From: Paragordius varius
Taxonomy: Eukaryota; Animalia; Nematomorpha
Reading direction: 5' to 3'
NCBI GenBank assembly: GCA_964247055.1
Contig: OZ176052.1
Location: forward strand, 2,852,001-2,916,000
DNA: 64,000 nt
Below, piece after piece: positions 37,694-50,646 of this stretch (its first letter is position 1; each line of letters begins with the position of its first letter). Made by a program: the position numbers and the translations under genes. The notes beneath the pieces were generated by a model. The model saw only the letters and a program-made list of their open reading frames with translations, had not been told where the DNA came from and searched no databases.

Positions 37694-38082
37694 ATGCTTC
37701 TTTAGTTTGCACCGAGGTGCTAAAATCACAATCATATTATATTCGAATAAATATATAACCATTATTTATCCATATATTTTATTAGGATAACTTTAAATGG
37801 ATGTTAACTTTAACATTAGGATAATTTTTACAAGTAAGTTTTTACTGCATCACAAAATGCCCCCGACAATTCTACTAGTAAAATATATATGAGAACAATG
37901 TTAGAATTGTCGGGGGCATTTTGTGATGCAGTAAAAACTTACTTGATAAAAATTATCCTTTTTTAAAGTTAACATCCATTTAAAGTTATCCTAATAAAAT
38001 ATATAGATAAATAATGGTTGTATATTTATTCGACTATGGTATGATTGTGATTTTAGCACCTCGGTGCAAACTAAATAAGCAT
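37694..38082. mobile_element. Foldback element, ~180-bp near-perfect arms with a ~27-nt spacer
   Basis: ATGCTTCTTTAGTTTGCACCGAGGTGCTAAAATCACAATCAT...GCCCCCGACAATTCTA pairs with TAGAATTGTCGGGGGC...ATGATTGTGATTTTAGCACCTCGGTGCAAACTAAATAAGCAT. Confidence 0.85.
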
Positions 38083-40241
38083 TGTTTTTAATCAAAAATT
38101 ATAAATTTAAGTGCTCTTTTATTATTTATATTATTATTGATTTTTGATTTTCAACAAGATATGCTCTTAAATTTCCAATAAATATACTGAAAAATATGAT
38201 ACGATATACCATTAATTTTTATCATTATTACACCACCAACCACGCCATTTAAATAAGTGTAGTGTATATTATATTTAACATAAAAAAATAATCAAAAAAA
38301 TTAAAATCAATAATATATATAATAAAATAGTTTTCAAAACCAATAAATTTGTTTGTTATATTGTACATGGAATATTGTTGAAAGAATAATGTTATGAAAA
38401 ACACAACTATAATGAAATGTAGGGTGTAAAAATTGACAATAAGATTTTATGAGGAATTTATAGTTTTACTAAAAAAATAATCGTATAATTTTTTTAATCC
38501 CCATGGCGTCAGTTCCAATTTGTGCTTTTTAACGTTGTTAAGAGAGTTAGCTTATTTTTTTTAAAACTAAACGGAAAAAAGTAAAAATTAATTAACTAGC
38601 ACGGAGCTCATTATTACCATCATCATTAATATTGGGGAGAAATCAGATTTTGACTGTATTAAGGCAATAAACTAAATATTTATAACTAATTATCTCACGG
38701 TATATCTCACAAAAAAACTGTACCGTTGCCTTCACATTTTAACAACTTCCATTTGGATGAAAAAATATTTTTTTTGCATAAAATATACTATTATCAATAA
38801 TATTGATGATAAATTTGGTAAAAAATTAACATGTAAAAATATAAGAGGGAAAAAATGTGGGAAACCTATCTAATCAAATGTTTTTGCGTTAAAATGAAAG
38901 AAGAAAGATAGATAGATAAATAGGAAATGCCTTAAGCAAATGCTCGAAAAAATATCATAATTATTAAATATATACATATATAACATACATAAACATCATA
39001 TGCAATATATTTCTTAAATATATAAATTAGAGTTATAGCATAGTTTTTTTAGCACAACGGCCTATTTCATTATTCATTCTACATGTATGGTACCCGTTGA
39101 AAAACCTTTCAGATACCTCTTGTTAAAAAATAATTGTATACTTTTTTTACGATATTACGAATATAATGATTAGAAATTTAAGAACAAAAAATTATGATAA
39201 ATATAATTTCACACTTAAATGCACACTAAAACATATATACATGCGCGCATACACTGTGGGGTAAAACTGATTTTTTTTATTGTATGAAAAATCATACATA
39301 TTCATTCATTTTAATATAAATTAACTACTCTATATGAACAAACAATAATCATATATATATGACAAAGGAATCATTATAAATTATACACTTAAATAAATAT
39401 GAAAATTACTACACTTATATATATATAATTCAAAAATATTCCAATCAAACATCAATCATTTTTCATATCTTTTTCATTACCAATAATGTTTTAATATTTA
39501 TTAGTCAATATTTGTTTGTATATTTAAATATACGCATATTTGGTATATTTTTATATTTACATGGATATTCACATAGATCTTTAAAGATAAAAGTTTGCCC
39601 TATAATTTTTGATTATTCCGTTCGTTTATGTTTGGATAATGTGTGAATATTTTTGGCGGTTTTGACTCGCTCGGCGCTAACATGTGTCTACATATAATAA
39701 CAACATGCAATATTTAAACACCATAAAAGGTCGTTTAAGCTATAAAACTTAACTACATACATAACATATTGATATGTGATGAATGGATGAAACATAACAA
39801 TAATAATAATTATTGTAAAAACTTTTTTTTGTGCAATATTAATTTATGTTTTGTCATTTTTAGTATCAGAATTAACATAAATGTCCCGTTATTCGATTAC
39901 TACTCATTTTCAATACATGATATATCTAGACATATGAGCAATATCGTTTCGTTTATTCAATGGCTTGTGTGCCTTAGTGTAGCACAAATTATTATGATTG
40001 CTTGACCTTTAAATCATTATTGTGCTAACTTTTTGGCTCCCACATTTTCTATTATAAATCAACTTGGATGAATCCACTTCAATATCCTAATTTGTATATG
40101 TGCTTTGTCATAAAAATTTCAATGTCAATCTATTAAATAAATTTAAGGTGAGTAATTAGATGCTAACAAAGTCGTAATTAGTATTATTTCACGCCATGTT
40201 AATTTAATCATCACAACAAGCAAGAATACACAACTTAATTA

Positions 40242-43200
40242 ATGTTGCATTACCTGATAATTAATTTTGGTAATTTGCAAAGTTACTTTGTAAATCCTAG
40301 CAACAATAGAACCCATTATCATACCAATCAATTTTATGGCAGCTCATTCGGAGCACATGATTCATCCAGCAATTCAAATAATGCTTCTTTTTTAACTTCT
40401 CCAGTCTTGGAACAACCCTTCGGTCTGAGTACCATTACACGATGTATCCAAACATTTATCAAATTGTTTTACATTGTATTTTTGTTACAAACTTCATTAT
40501 TTCTCCTTGTAGATTCTTTCGTATTCCTTAAGGGTATCTCATTATTAAGCACAAACAATAAAAAATTTCAATCCGGTCGATCTCATGTCGAGCAGGCTTT
40601 AGTAACATTTCAGCACCGAAATTTAACGTTACCAATATCATCGTATTCTAATCAAACAACAGGGTGGACAGATATAGTTAATAATTTAAGATCAAATACC
40701 AATCCTTTACGCGATACTATGAATTCTCGTGTGGATGACCCAAACACAAATTGTAATCATTATCATATAACTAAAATACCCGATCGAAATCCGTTAGAAA
40801 AAAACATAGCAAAAAGATATCTCCTTAAATCAAACGATCATAGTATAAAAAGTTTTATAATAAGATCTAGAAGGAGTATTACCCAATCCAAATTAACTAA
40901 TAAATTTATAAGCAATCACACTTTTAATCGAAATAGATATCACATTAAGCAAGAGACAAAATTACCACTTAACTATAGCTATTCAAACATTGAGCTGACA
41001 AATTTGAACAAATATTTGCACAATAAACTCGTTAGAAAGCGATCATTGTTTCCGCCGTCTTTTCAAACGTTTGATAATATCGCCAATATTTATACACCCG
41101 AAACCGGAACAAGGCGACATAATCAATATTTTATAAAAAGTCCGTATGGATGGTTACCATCATCTGCATCGATTTCCCAAACAACAATTTCTTCTATCCG
41201 AAAAATATTGCAAAAATATCTCATAGCTAATCCGGAGGGTGAATATATTTTCAAGGGCAAACATTTATCGTTTCCTTCGACGAACGATTTTGGACACGGT
41301 ATACGTGGACCCTTGCCATCTTCGATCAATAAAAATTTTGGGCCCAGAGGGGGCAAAGGCAATGACATAATAAATGGTACCGTTACAAATTCGTACAAGA
41401 AAACTAATGAGTACACTCTAAACAAAAATATGACAACAAAATTACCAACAATAAGCGGCCCAACGATTGTTGATTTAAATAGTGCCGCCCGAGCCGAGGC
41501 ACTAAAAATAATTCATAAAGCTATATATTCCATAGATCCACACTTGATGAGTGAATATTCTGCCACGGAACAAAAGCCCGATGATGATAAATCTGGACCC
41601 GGTGTTAAAGCAGCTCTAGAAAAAAACACAGGTGTAGCTATGAAAAAATATTTGGGTAGTTCTTTTCCGCCACGATCGACGACCATAAAATCCAAGGTGG
41701 GCCCTAAGAAACCCCCCAAAAAGTATAAATTTCCCCAACATCACGCTCAATTAACGTCAACAACTGAGACGTGGATTACCAAAAATTCTTATACCATTAC
41801 TTCTACTCCGGCAGCGGCGTCCTCATCAAAGGAAGATGATCCAAATCAAACTTTGTTACATGACATTGATTTGTTAAAGAAAATTAGTAATTACATTGTA
41901 TACGTTATAATTGTCATCATAATTTTTTCAAATATTATGGTGCTTACGGCTTACCGAAGATTTCGAAAACTTCATAGCATAACCAATAGATTCGTAGTTT
42001 CTCTGGCTGTTGCTGATCTGTTTGTCGGTCTGAGCCGATTGTTACAAGAAATTCTCAACTATTGGTTTCAAAATGAACTGGAAGATTCGTATAGGTAAGC
42101 GGGAAATTTTTAAAAATTTATTTTTATTTAAAAAAAAAATTTAACTTCATCCTTGGTAATTTAAAACATTTAAGCTCAGTAATAAATAGCGATTTTTATA
42201 AATTTTAAGGTGAGTATGAGTCAGTCCTTGCATATATGTAATCAATGAATCAAAAAGTTTATTTATATTAAGTTTTTTATTCCCATCAATCCAAATTTGA
42301 AACTATACCTGGATTATAAATAAAGAACTAACTCTTTTCCTTCTAAATTATGCAAATTTAATGCTTTGGCGTCTAGCGTTTTATACAGGGGAAGGAAGGC
42401 AATGGCGGTAATATTTAGTTTTGCTTCAAATGCAATTTACTAATGCGATCATAGTTATTTATACTTTTTACTATTTAAATGTTTATTGTTTTAATGAGGG
42501 GCCCTACTAAGATCTAAGATCTAAGATCTTCAGCATAGCGCTAACTTTAATTGTTAACATAAAATAATTATTTATTTTTTTCTGAATACTCCAATATATT
42601 TTTTGTATACGTAATCGATTAATTTATCCAACTATTTCCAAATATAACAATTCAACACTGTAATTCTTAAAAATAAATATCTTTTGAAAATTTTAAAGGA
42701 CCTAGAAACAATTTATATTTGCCTCGATATCATATCTCGTATATTTATATTGCTTTTAATCATTATTATTAAAACAAAATCATTCTTTTATATATGAAAA
42801 ATAATTAAAATGTATATTAGGTTAATTCGTGACACATTTGCAGCCATGCTTAGAATTCCTTATATTTGTCTTGTTGTTTGTCTTACCAATATATCTTAAT
42901 TTAACGTGATTGCACTTAATTAAATTAATTTATGATCGTTTTTCGCAATTTTTTGGTACATCAGCTTTTTAGTTGGTAATTTTTTGTGAAGAATATAAAT
43001 ATAGAAAGTATTAAACACACAAATATGAAACGGTTAATTGATGATATATTATAGATTTTTGACATATTTATAATAAGATATGTTTTTATTATTATTACAT
43101 TACATGTTGTCACTCGTGAAAGCGGTCATGTTATACAACCTGTCTCGCCATAAAACTCTATCTATGGCGTCCTCTGCATTAAGCTCGTATTCTGCTAGCT

Positions 43201-46200
43201 CTCTTCTATCCATTTCGTTTTAAGCCGCCCACGTCCTCGTTTTCCCTGAACTATATGACTATCTATTATTTTTGCAATATAATTAAAATCTCACCTTTCA
43301 ATGTGCCCGAACCAACGTAACCTATTTTTTGACATTCTTTCCACTATTGGTTTAACATCTGTGCTCCCACGAATAAATTTATTCTTAACATCCTTTCTTG
43401 TTACCCCGCACATCATTCTAAGCATTTTCATTTCAGTCACGTTGAAATGTCTTTCTTCGGATTTTTGCCGCCTCAGGTCTGTGAATTATACATCATTGTG
43501 GGTTGAACAACTGAACTGTATATCTTACCTTTCACTCTAACATCAATATTTCACATAACACATTTTCTTCCAATTTACCCAACTGCTCTTCATTCTTAAA
43601 TTAATATCATCGGTCAACGATCCATCTGAACTTTACATAGCCCCCAAATATTTGCACCTTTCTTTACCCTTTAGAACCCAACTATCATCAACTTCCATTT
43701 ATGTTTTAATTAATTTAAAAGTACGATGCCTACGATTAATCTCACGAAGCCAAAACAAGTTGTAAACCATTTCGAGATTTCAAAAAGTTTTGAGTTGGAT
43801 TTTGTCTGTTCAAAAAGGCATTTTAAAACATAGTTTCTAAAATTTTCACATTATATTATTTTCTGAAATTCGGTCATAAGACGCCTAAATTACATTTTAG
43901 TTTATATAAATATAATTAGCGCTCACCGAAACAACCATTTTTATTAATTTTAAATTTAATTGCAAATTCATATGAAAAACTATATTAAGCCAACTAATTA
44001 ATTTATAAGATACGTTATTTTTACGAAGACTATTTTAATTAATTTTTCTTATTTAAAATATCGATAATTTTAACTTTTCTAAAAACTTATTATCGATATA
44101 CTATGAAAATATTTCATTAATTATTTAAAAAATTGATTATAGGCATGGGATAGAGATTGGTTATAAATAAATTATAGAGATACCGTTGCATAATAAGCTC
44201 ATAAAATTAGATTGCTAAATCAATGTAAATTCCAAGATTCATGAAATCCTTTTACCTTTATTATTTATTTATGATGAATCTTAAAGTACATAGGATAATA
44301 TATATGACGACGCATGGGAATATTGATTATAACCATTATAATTTGGTCTACATATTAAAGTTTTTCGCTAAATATATATATATATGGAAGGTAATCAAAT
44401 AATTAAAAAATCCTACTTTATTCTTCGATTGTTATTACATTATTATTAAGCTATAAAGAAAAAGTGCGAAACACGCGTATACTCCCCCCCTACGGGCCTT
44501 GAACCATAAAAGATTTTGGTTCCATGATTTTGCATTTAATTTATAATGTTACTTCAAATCGTAAACATACTGACATCAATATCGTTGAATTAGCTGGAAA
44601 TAGATAAGTATTGAATTTGTTTCAAAGGAAAATTGTATAATATTTTTAATACTGGGTCAAACAAGCTAGATATAAGAACATTCACAAAATAGATTAAAAA
44701 TTATATTTAAATTAACTCTTTATTAATCACTTTTTAAATTTACCCTTAAACATCAATTTTCCTTTAAAATTTCATCACTTTTCATTATCACTATTTCCAT
44801 TTCTCAACGTATTATTCACTCTAAAATAGGTTTTACGTTTCTAGGCAAATCGAATTTATAACCATCTGTATTTGGTTTATTTTATTTCTGTGCGATCCTA
44901 TAGTTTGTTGTATGGAATTTATTAACAAATAATATTATCACATTAAATTTATCGATTAATCTATATATTTATAAAAATGAAAAGTGGTTGCTTTGTGATC
45001 TGTTTCCGGAAAACCGGTAGACCATTCATAACCAAATGTCAAAAAAATATAATCATAAATTAATGCCCCGACAATAGCTTCGCTCTTTTTTTAATTAGGC
45101 CCCCAGTTCGGCCCACCCCGTGTAAAAAACGGTTTTTTTTTGAAAACACAAGTCCACAAAAATCGTGTATTTGAGACAATTTTACCGAAAACGTTTTGGA
45201 CCATTCGATTTTAAATATGATTTTTTTACTTACTTTCGATTGCGCCGAACATGGTCGGCTCGCTTTTTTAATTTACGCCCTCCTTTTACCCGCTTCCCCG
45301 TAAAATGCCACTTTTTTCAAAAAAATTAAGTCCACAAAAATAATTTTTTGAATCTATTTTTCGCCAAGTATGAGACCGTAAAAATTCAATAAGGATTCCA
45401 GCTATTCCCTGTTAAAAGGCAAAAATTTTATTCAAGCGTTTCTTTGATGATAGCTGCTGGTAAGGAGATACCCGCAAAAAACTGACACATCATATCGAAA
45501 TGGCATGCCTTTGGGGCCAAGGTCCAGAAAACCTATAAGGCCATATGAGTTCAATAACTGCTTAAAATAATACCCGTAACAAGGCAAAAATTTAGATCGC
45601 GCGGTTTTTTTAAAATTAGCCGTTAATTAGGCCCTTCACGCCCTGAAAAATATGCCACCATAGAATGATTTTTTAATTTTGAGGCAATTTTAAACTAATG
45701 AGATATGGAATCATTGATGATTCCAGGTATTTTCTGTAAAAAGGCAAAAATTTTTAAGCGCTTTTTTGTATCAGCCTTGGGTAAGAAACTACCCGCCAAA
45801 ACTGCGCCACTATATAGAAATTACGTTGTTTTGGAACTATTTTAAAGGAAACTTATGCCATATGAGCTCATTTAAAGTTCGAAATATTACCCGTAACTAG
45901 GTAAAAATAAGGTCAGGTCTTTTTTATTAGCCGTTAATTTTAGGCCTATATGCCCTAAAAATACGCCATCATATAACTATAATTTATACCCATGAGACGA
46001 TGGTCTCAAAGATGATTCCAAATATTTTTTCTATAAAGGCAAAAAATTTAATTCAGCGTTTTTTTATATAGCTCTATGGGTAGGGGTCTACCGGTTTAAA
46101 ACTGAGACGCCATACAAAAATGACATGGCTTTGAAGCTAATTTTCAAAACTTAAGAAGCCATACGAGTTCAATAAAAGCTTTAAATATTACCCATAAAAA

Positions 46201-49200
46201 GGTCAAAATGGTAGTATCGCGGTCGTTAGCCGTCAATTTGGGGCCTTTACACCTGTAAACAATATATTGGTATGAATGCAACGTTTAGAAAATTCTATGA
46301 GATCATAGCTATTAAATGTTTCGAAATAATCCACATATATGGATCATTTTATTGATCCTTATTTCAAATAGCCCCCTCCCCTCAGAAGTTCGAAGGACTT
46401 CCGCGGGCTGCGTAGCAGCACGAGCGCTAGTATTTGATAAAACTGTAGAGAGTATTAATTGTATTAACACAAATTTAAAATCAAAATATGGCCAGTATGC
46501 GATAACACAATAGTAAAAACCGAAAACATATGATTAACTCCTATGAGTTTATTAGTATTCTAAGGTAAATTGAAAATACCAAGGGTGAATTTATAATGTT
46601 TACGTGGAATTCGAAATGTTTATGGTATAATGCGTATTATTAGATACCAATTATACATGGCGAAAAATAATTTCTTTACACATCATTCTTTAAGAATTAT
46701 TAACCGTTTTATAATTGGGAATGGTAGGAATATTATGGTTTTAGTTGTCTTAATTACTATATTGATATTCTAGAAACACATAAACTTTGTTAAATAGTTA
46801 ATTTTATCTATTTATAAGATCTTTATGTTGTCTGCTACCTTACTGAGATGTTAAAAAAAGATAATTATATAATATTCCTTTTTTAGATCTAAGATATATA
46901 TTTGTTAATTGGTCTATATGTCCACGAAATAGCTTAAATATATAAAGCATATGCATATATAATTAATGACAAAGTACTTGTGCGATAATAATCTTTATGA
47001 CACTACAATTATAATTTATGAAAGACAAAAGTTATTTTTGTCTTTGTTAGGTTAAAAAGTGAATGTAACGCTAGCGTATATTAATACAATCAAATCTCAT
47101 TTTGGAGTTTTTTAATTAAACAAATTATATTTTTTACTTTAATAATGAAATGGATATTACTATACGCTGTATATAAAAACTTCTACTTATTTACGTCATT
47201 TTGACAGTTTGAACCGTGCAAATGTGCAACCTAAGGACGGACAAATTTTTATTTTAACTGCACGATTTTATCTTTCATATATGTATGTCTACAAAAGAAA
47301 TATTGTTTTTAACTTATGTTTATAAATGACAATATTCGTGGGTTTTACTAAACTAATTTTGCAAGTTATATTTTTGTCATGTCAAATAGCTGTGTTGTAC
47401 TGATGAATGCAATCAAACGAACTAATATAAATTTTATTTTTTGTGATTTTTTAACACAATCTTAAGAATTAGGCTATTTATATTAACTTTGGTATTAAAA
47501 TCAAGTCTATGACAATCAAGGATACATCGTTTTAATAAAGTTTTTAAATATAAAATATTTATTGCCCTATTTGGTGGTATATAATTTTATCAAGATATCT
47601 TTGAATATAATAAATGCATGTTGTTAAAAATGCATATGGAGCTCTGCATATACAAGATTCTCAGTATAAGATCGCTTCTAAACCCATATTGCTTCATTTT
47701 GTTTGATCTTTTCCATTTTTATTTTAAGGGTTTGATAATAAAAATATAAGTATCAGTGAAAGTGAATATGCTTTTATAAAGACCAGTCAAAAGAATTAAA
47801 CGTCCGTTTACCCCATGCTTTCATATATAGTAGAACCTATTATAATCTAATTTTTTTTAAAATAAATTTAAATTTTAACAATGAATTCTATAACGAATAA
47901 TTTTAAAAAATATATTTTTTAGAAATTCGTAACATATTTATTTTCAATTAACCTTCTTCCCTAACTTTAAATAATTTTTTTCATATTTTGTATGGCATAT
48001 TATTTTATACAAACACAAAGTATGGGAAGAATATTTTGGCTTTTTAAAGTACAATCTTTTTGGGTTTATAAATGCATTTTTAGGTTGATTTTTGTAGTAT
48101 TGATATGCGATAACTGTACAGTCATAACCATTTTATTTCATTAGATGCTAAATTTTTACATTTAATAGGTTAAAACCTTTTAACTTTTTGTTGAAACTAT
48201 TATGATAATATATCTTATCTTTGTAAACGTTTCGCTATATCGCTTCACCATTGAGGCTAGTTTTTACCTCAAAGCGATTTCGAATAAAATATTTGAAAGT
48301 ATCTCTACTTAAAAAATAAACTCATTCTTCAAAAAAATATTTTTAAAAATAAAAAATTGTTAATAAATTTCTCAAACTTCATACCGCCAAATTATAGATT
48401 TTTTACTGATCTCTAAAAAGTGGCATATAAAAACATATTTAGGAAATATAAAATTAATAAATTCGAATCCATTTAACACTCTATTCCTTTATATTAATAA
48501 AATTTTAGAATTTTGTACCAGAGCTGTGAACTGTTAAAAATTACATGCAGAGATGTTTTTGTTAAAATATCATTCATAAACGTTAAACTTATATTAAAAT
48601 GGATAGCTTTTATTTTTCAAGTTTTTGTTTGTGTAGTATTTTAATCCAATAAAATAAACAGCTGATTTACAATCTAAAAATATGGAATGGCTGTCAAAAT
48701 ATAATTTAAATTATTAATCACTTTAATCGATTTTATACACTTTTAAACGTTTTTAAAAAAATTTCGCGGCAAAGTTTGAAATGATGAATTTTAATTTAAT
48801 ATTTTTGAACTTTTGAATAATATATTTTAAAATTTGGCCTTGTAGTTAGTTATGAATATATTAATTATGAGTAAGTATATATTGCTAGAAAAATTATAAA
48901 TTATTGCTAAATAGCATATGCAGCAAAGTATTAGCTAATAATAATAAAAAGTGAAAAAAAATAAATCTAAGCCAATAATACTGACCTTTGTTATATATGC
49001 TATTTGGCAATAATTAATAACTTTTTAGCAATGTATACTTACTCACACTGTAATTACTGGGGTGGAAACATACCCTAAAATTACAGTGTTCCTCTTTGAA
49101 TCAGCTTTAATTAAATGGATTTGGGAGATATCCGAATCTTTGAAAGCGCAAATTAAAAAACTATTGAAAATTAAAGATTGATTTAATAAATTGATAGAAT

Positions 49201-50610
49201 ATATTTTAGCCAGTATTTTTCGCTAATATATTTTATTAGAGATTATAACTTCTGGGTAAACGACCCATTTAAATTCATAATTTTATTTATTTTTTAAATA
49301 AGTTTTTAACGTGCTACAAAAATATTTTTTTATTGATAAATTTTTGGAACATACATATTTTGGCATCCATATCTAAAGTTATTTTACTTCATTAGATGCT
49401 TATTCTTTTACACTTTTCCCACCACCATGAATGCCGCAAGCTTGTTGAGTTTACTCGGTGTTACCATTGATCGCTACATTTCTGTGATGAATCCTTTAAG
49501 GTAATAAAATTAAATTTGACATATTTTGTCATTATTATATGGTATATCGTTAAATTTTTAAGGTTTGTTCATAAAATTACTTAAAGCAATGATATTGTTT
49601 TATACCAGTAATCTAATTTTTTACCATAAAATTTTGATTAGGTTCGCGTTTTTTGATTATGAAAGATTTATTTTATAGCAACAGGTTCAACAGGCGGTCT
49701 GTCCTCTAAAATCGCCTTACGAAATAGAATATTATTTATTAAACATAAATCCAAAAATTTACATATTTTGGGGACGAACTAGCATAAATTGGTTAAATAA
49801 ATTATAGTAATTTATATTATGTCCATAATTTTTAAGATGTTTATTTTTATAATTAATAACATATTTATATGCCTATTAAATTTTTGAATGTGGTACGGCG
49901 TTTTTTAAGTTTAAAATGTGAATCTCGATATTTATTTTAGGCATCCTTGGAATATGGTAAGGATACATTTCTAGTTTCTACAAAGGGCAATATTTTTTGT
50001 TAGTTCTTTAGCTTTGACTACTATTTGCGAAAAATACTCCTTGTAGTATGCTTTTTGGCAATATTTAACATAAAATTAGCTATGTATATATGCTCATACT
50101 GCATATTAATAAAACATTATACCATGCGATTTGTAAAGTTTCAGACACCTTTAACGAAAGCAATATTTTCGTAAATTATAACATTAACACAGCCTTAAAA
50201 ATGATATTTATTAATTTTAAATTTAAATAAATGTTGTCAGAAAGCAGTCTTTTGATATCTGTTAATATTAGCGAAACAGAATTGTTAGTCCCAAATAAAC
50301 CTTTTATGGGAGTTTCGTTTTCTATATGGTTATTTTGCTGTGAGATTATTAATTTCTTATCATTTTATGAAAGTTTCTGTTAATGCCACCATTTACAAAT
50401 TTGTAATTAATTAAAAGACTAAAAAATTAATTAACACCTATATGTAATTTTAAGTGGCTAAGATTAACGATCATTTGGTAAAACAATCGCTATATATAAT
50501 GAATAGTTTTTATTAACCTTATATTGGTTTAGCTTTAGATTATTATTAAAAAAAACTCTAAGAATCGACTATATAAAGTTTTAAAAACATTTTTATTTAA
50601 CTGATGATAT

Positions 50611-50646
<36 letters not shown>

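Noticed and set aside
41123-41719. Antisense ORFs 41123-41425 and 41513-41719 (also 52070-52294, 20415-20639, 43301-43540, 59568-59859)
   Set aside because: Shadow or overlapping ORFs of real coding sequence or of the RTE, with no independent motifs.
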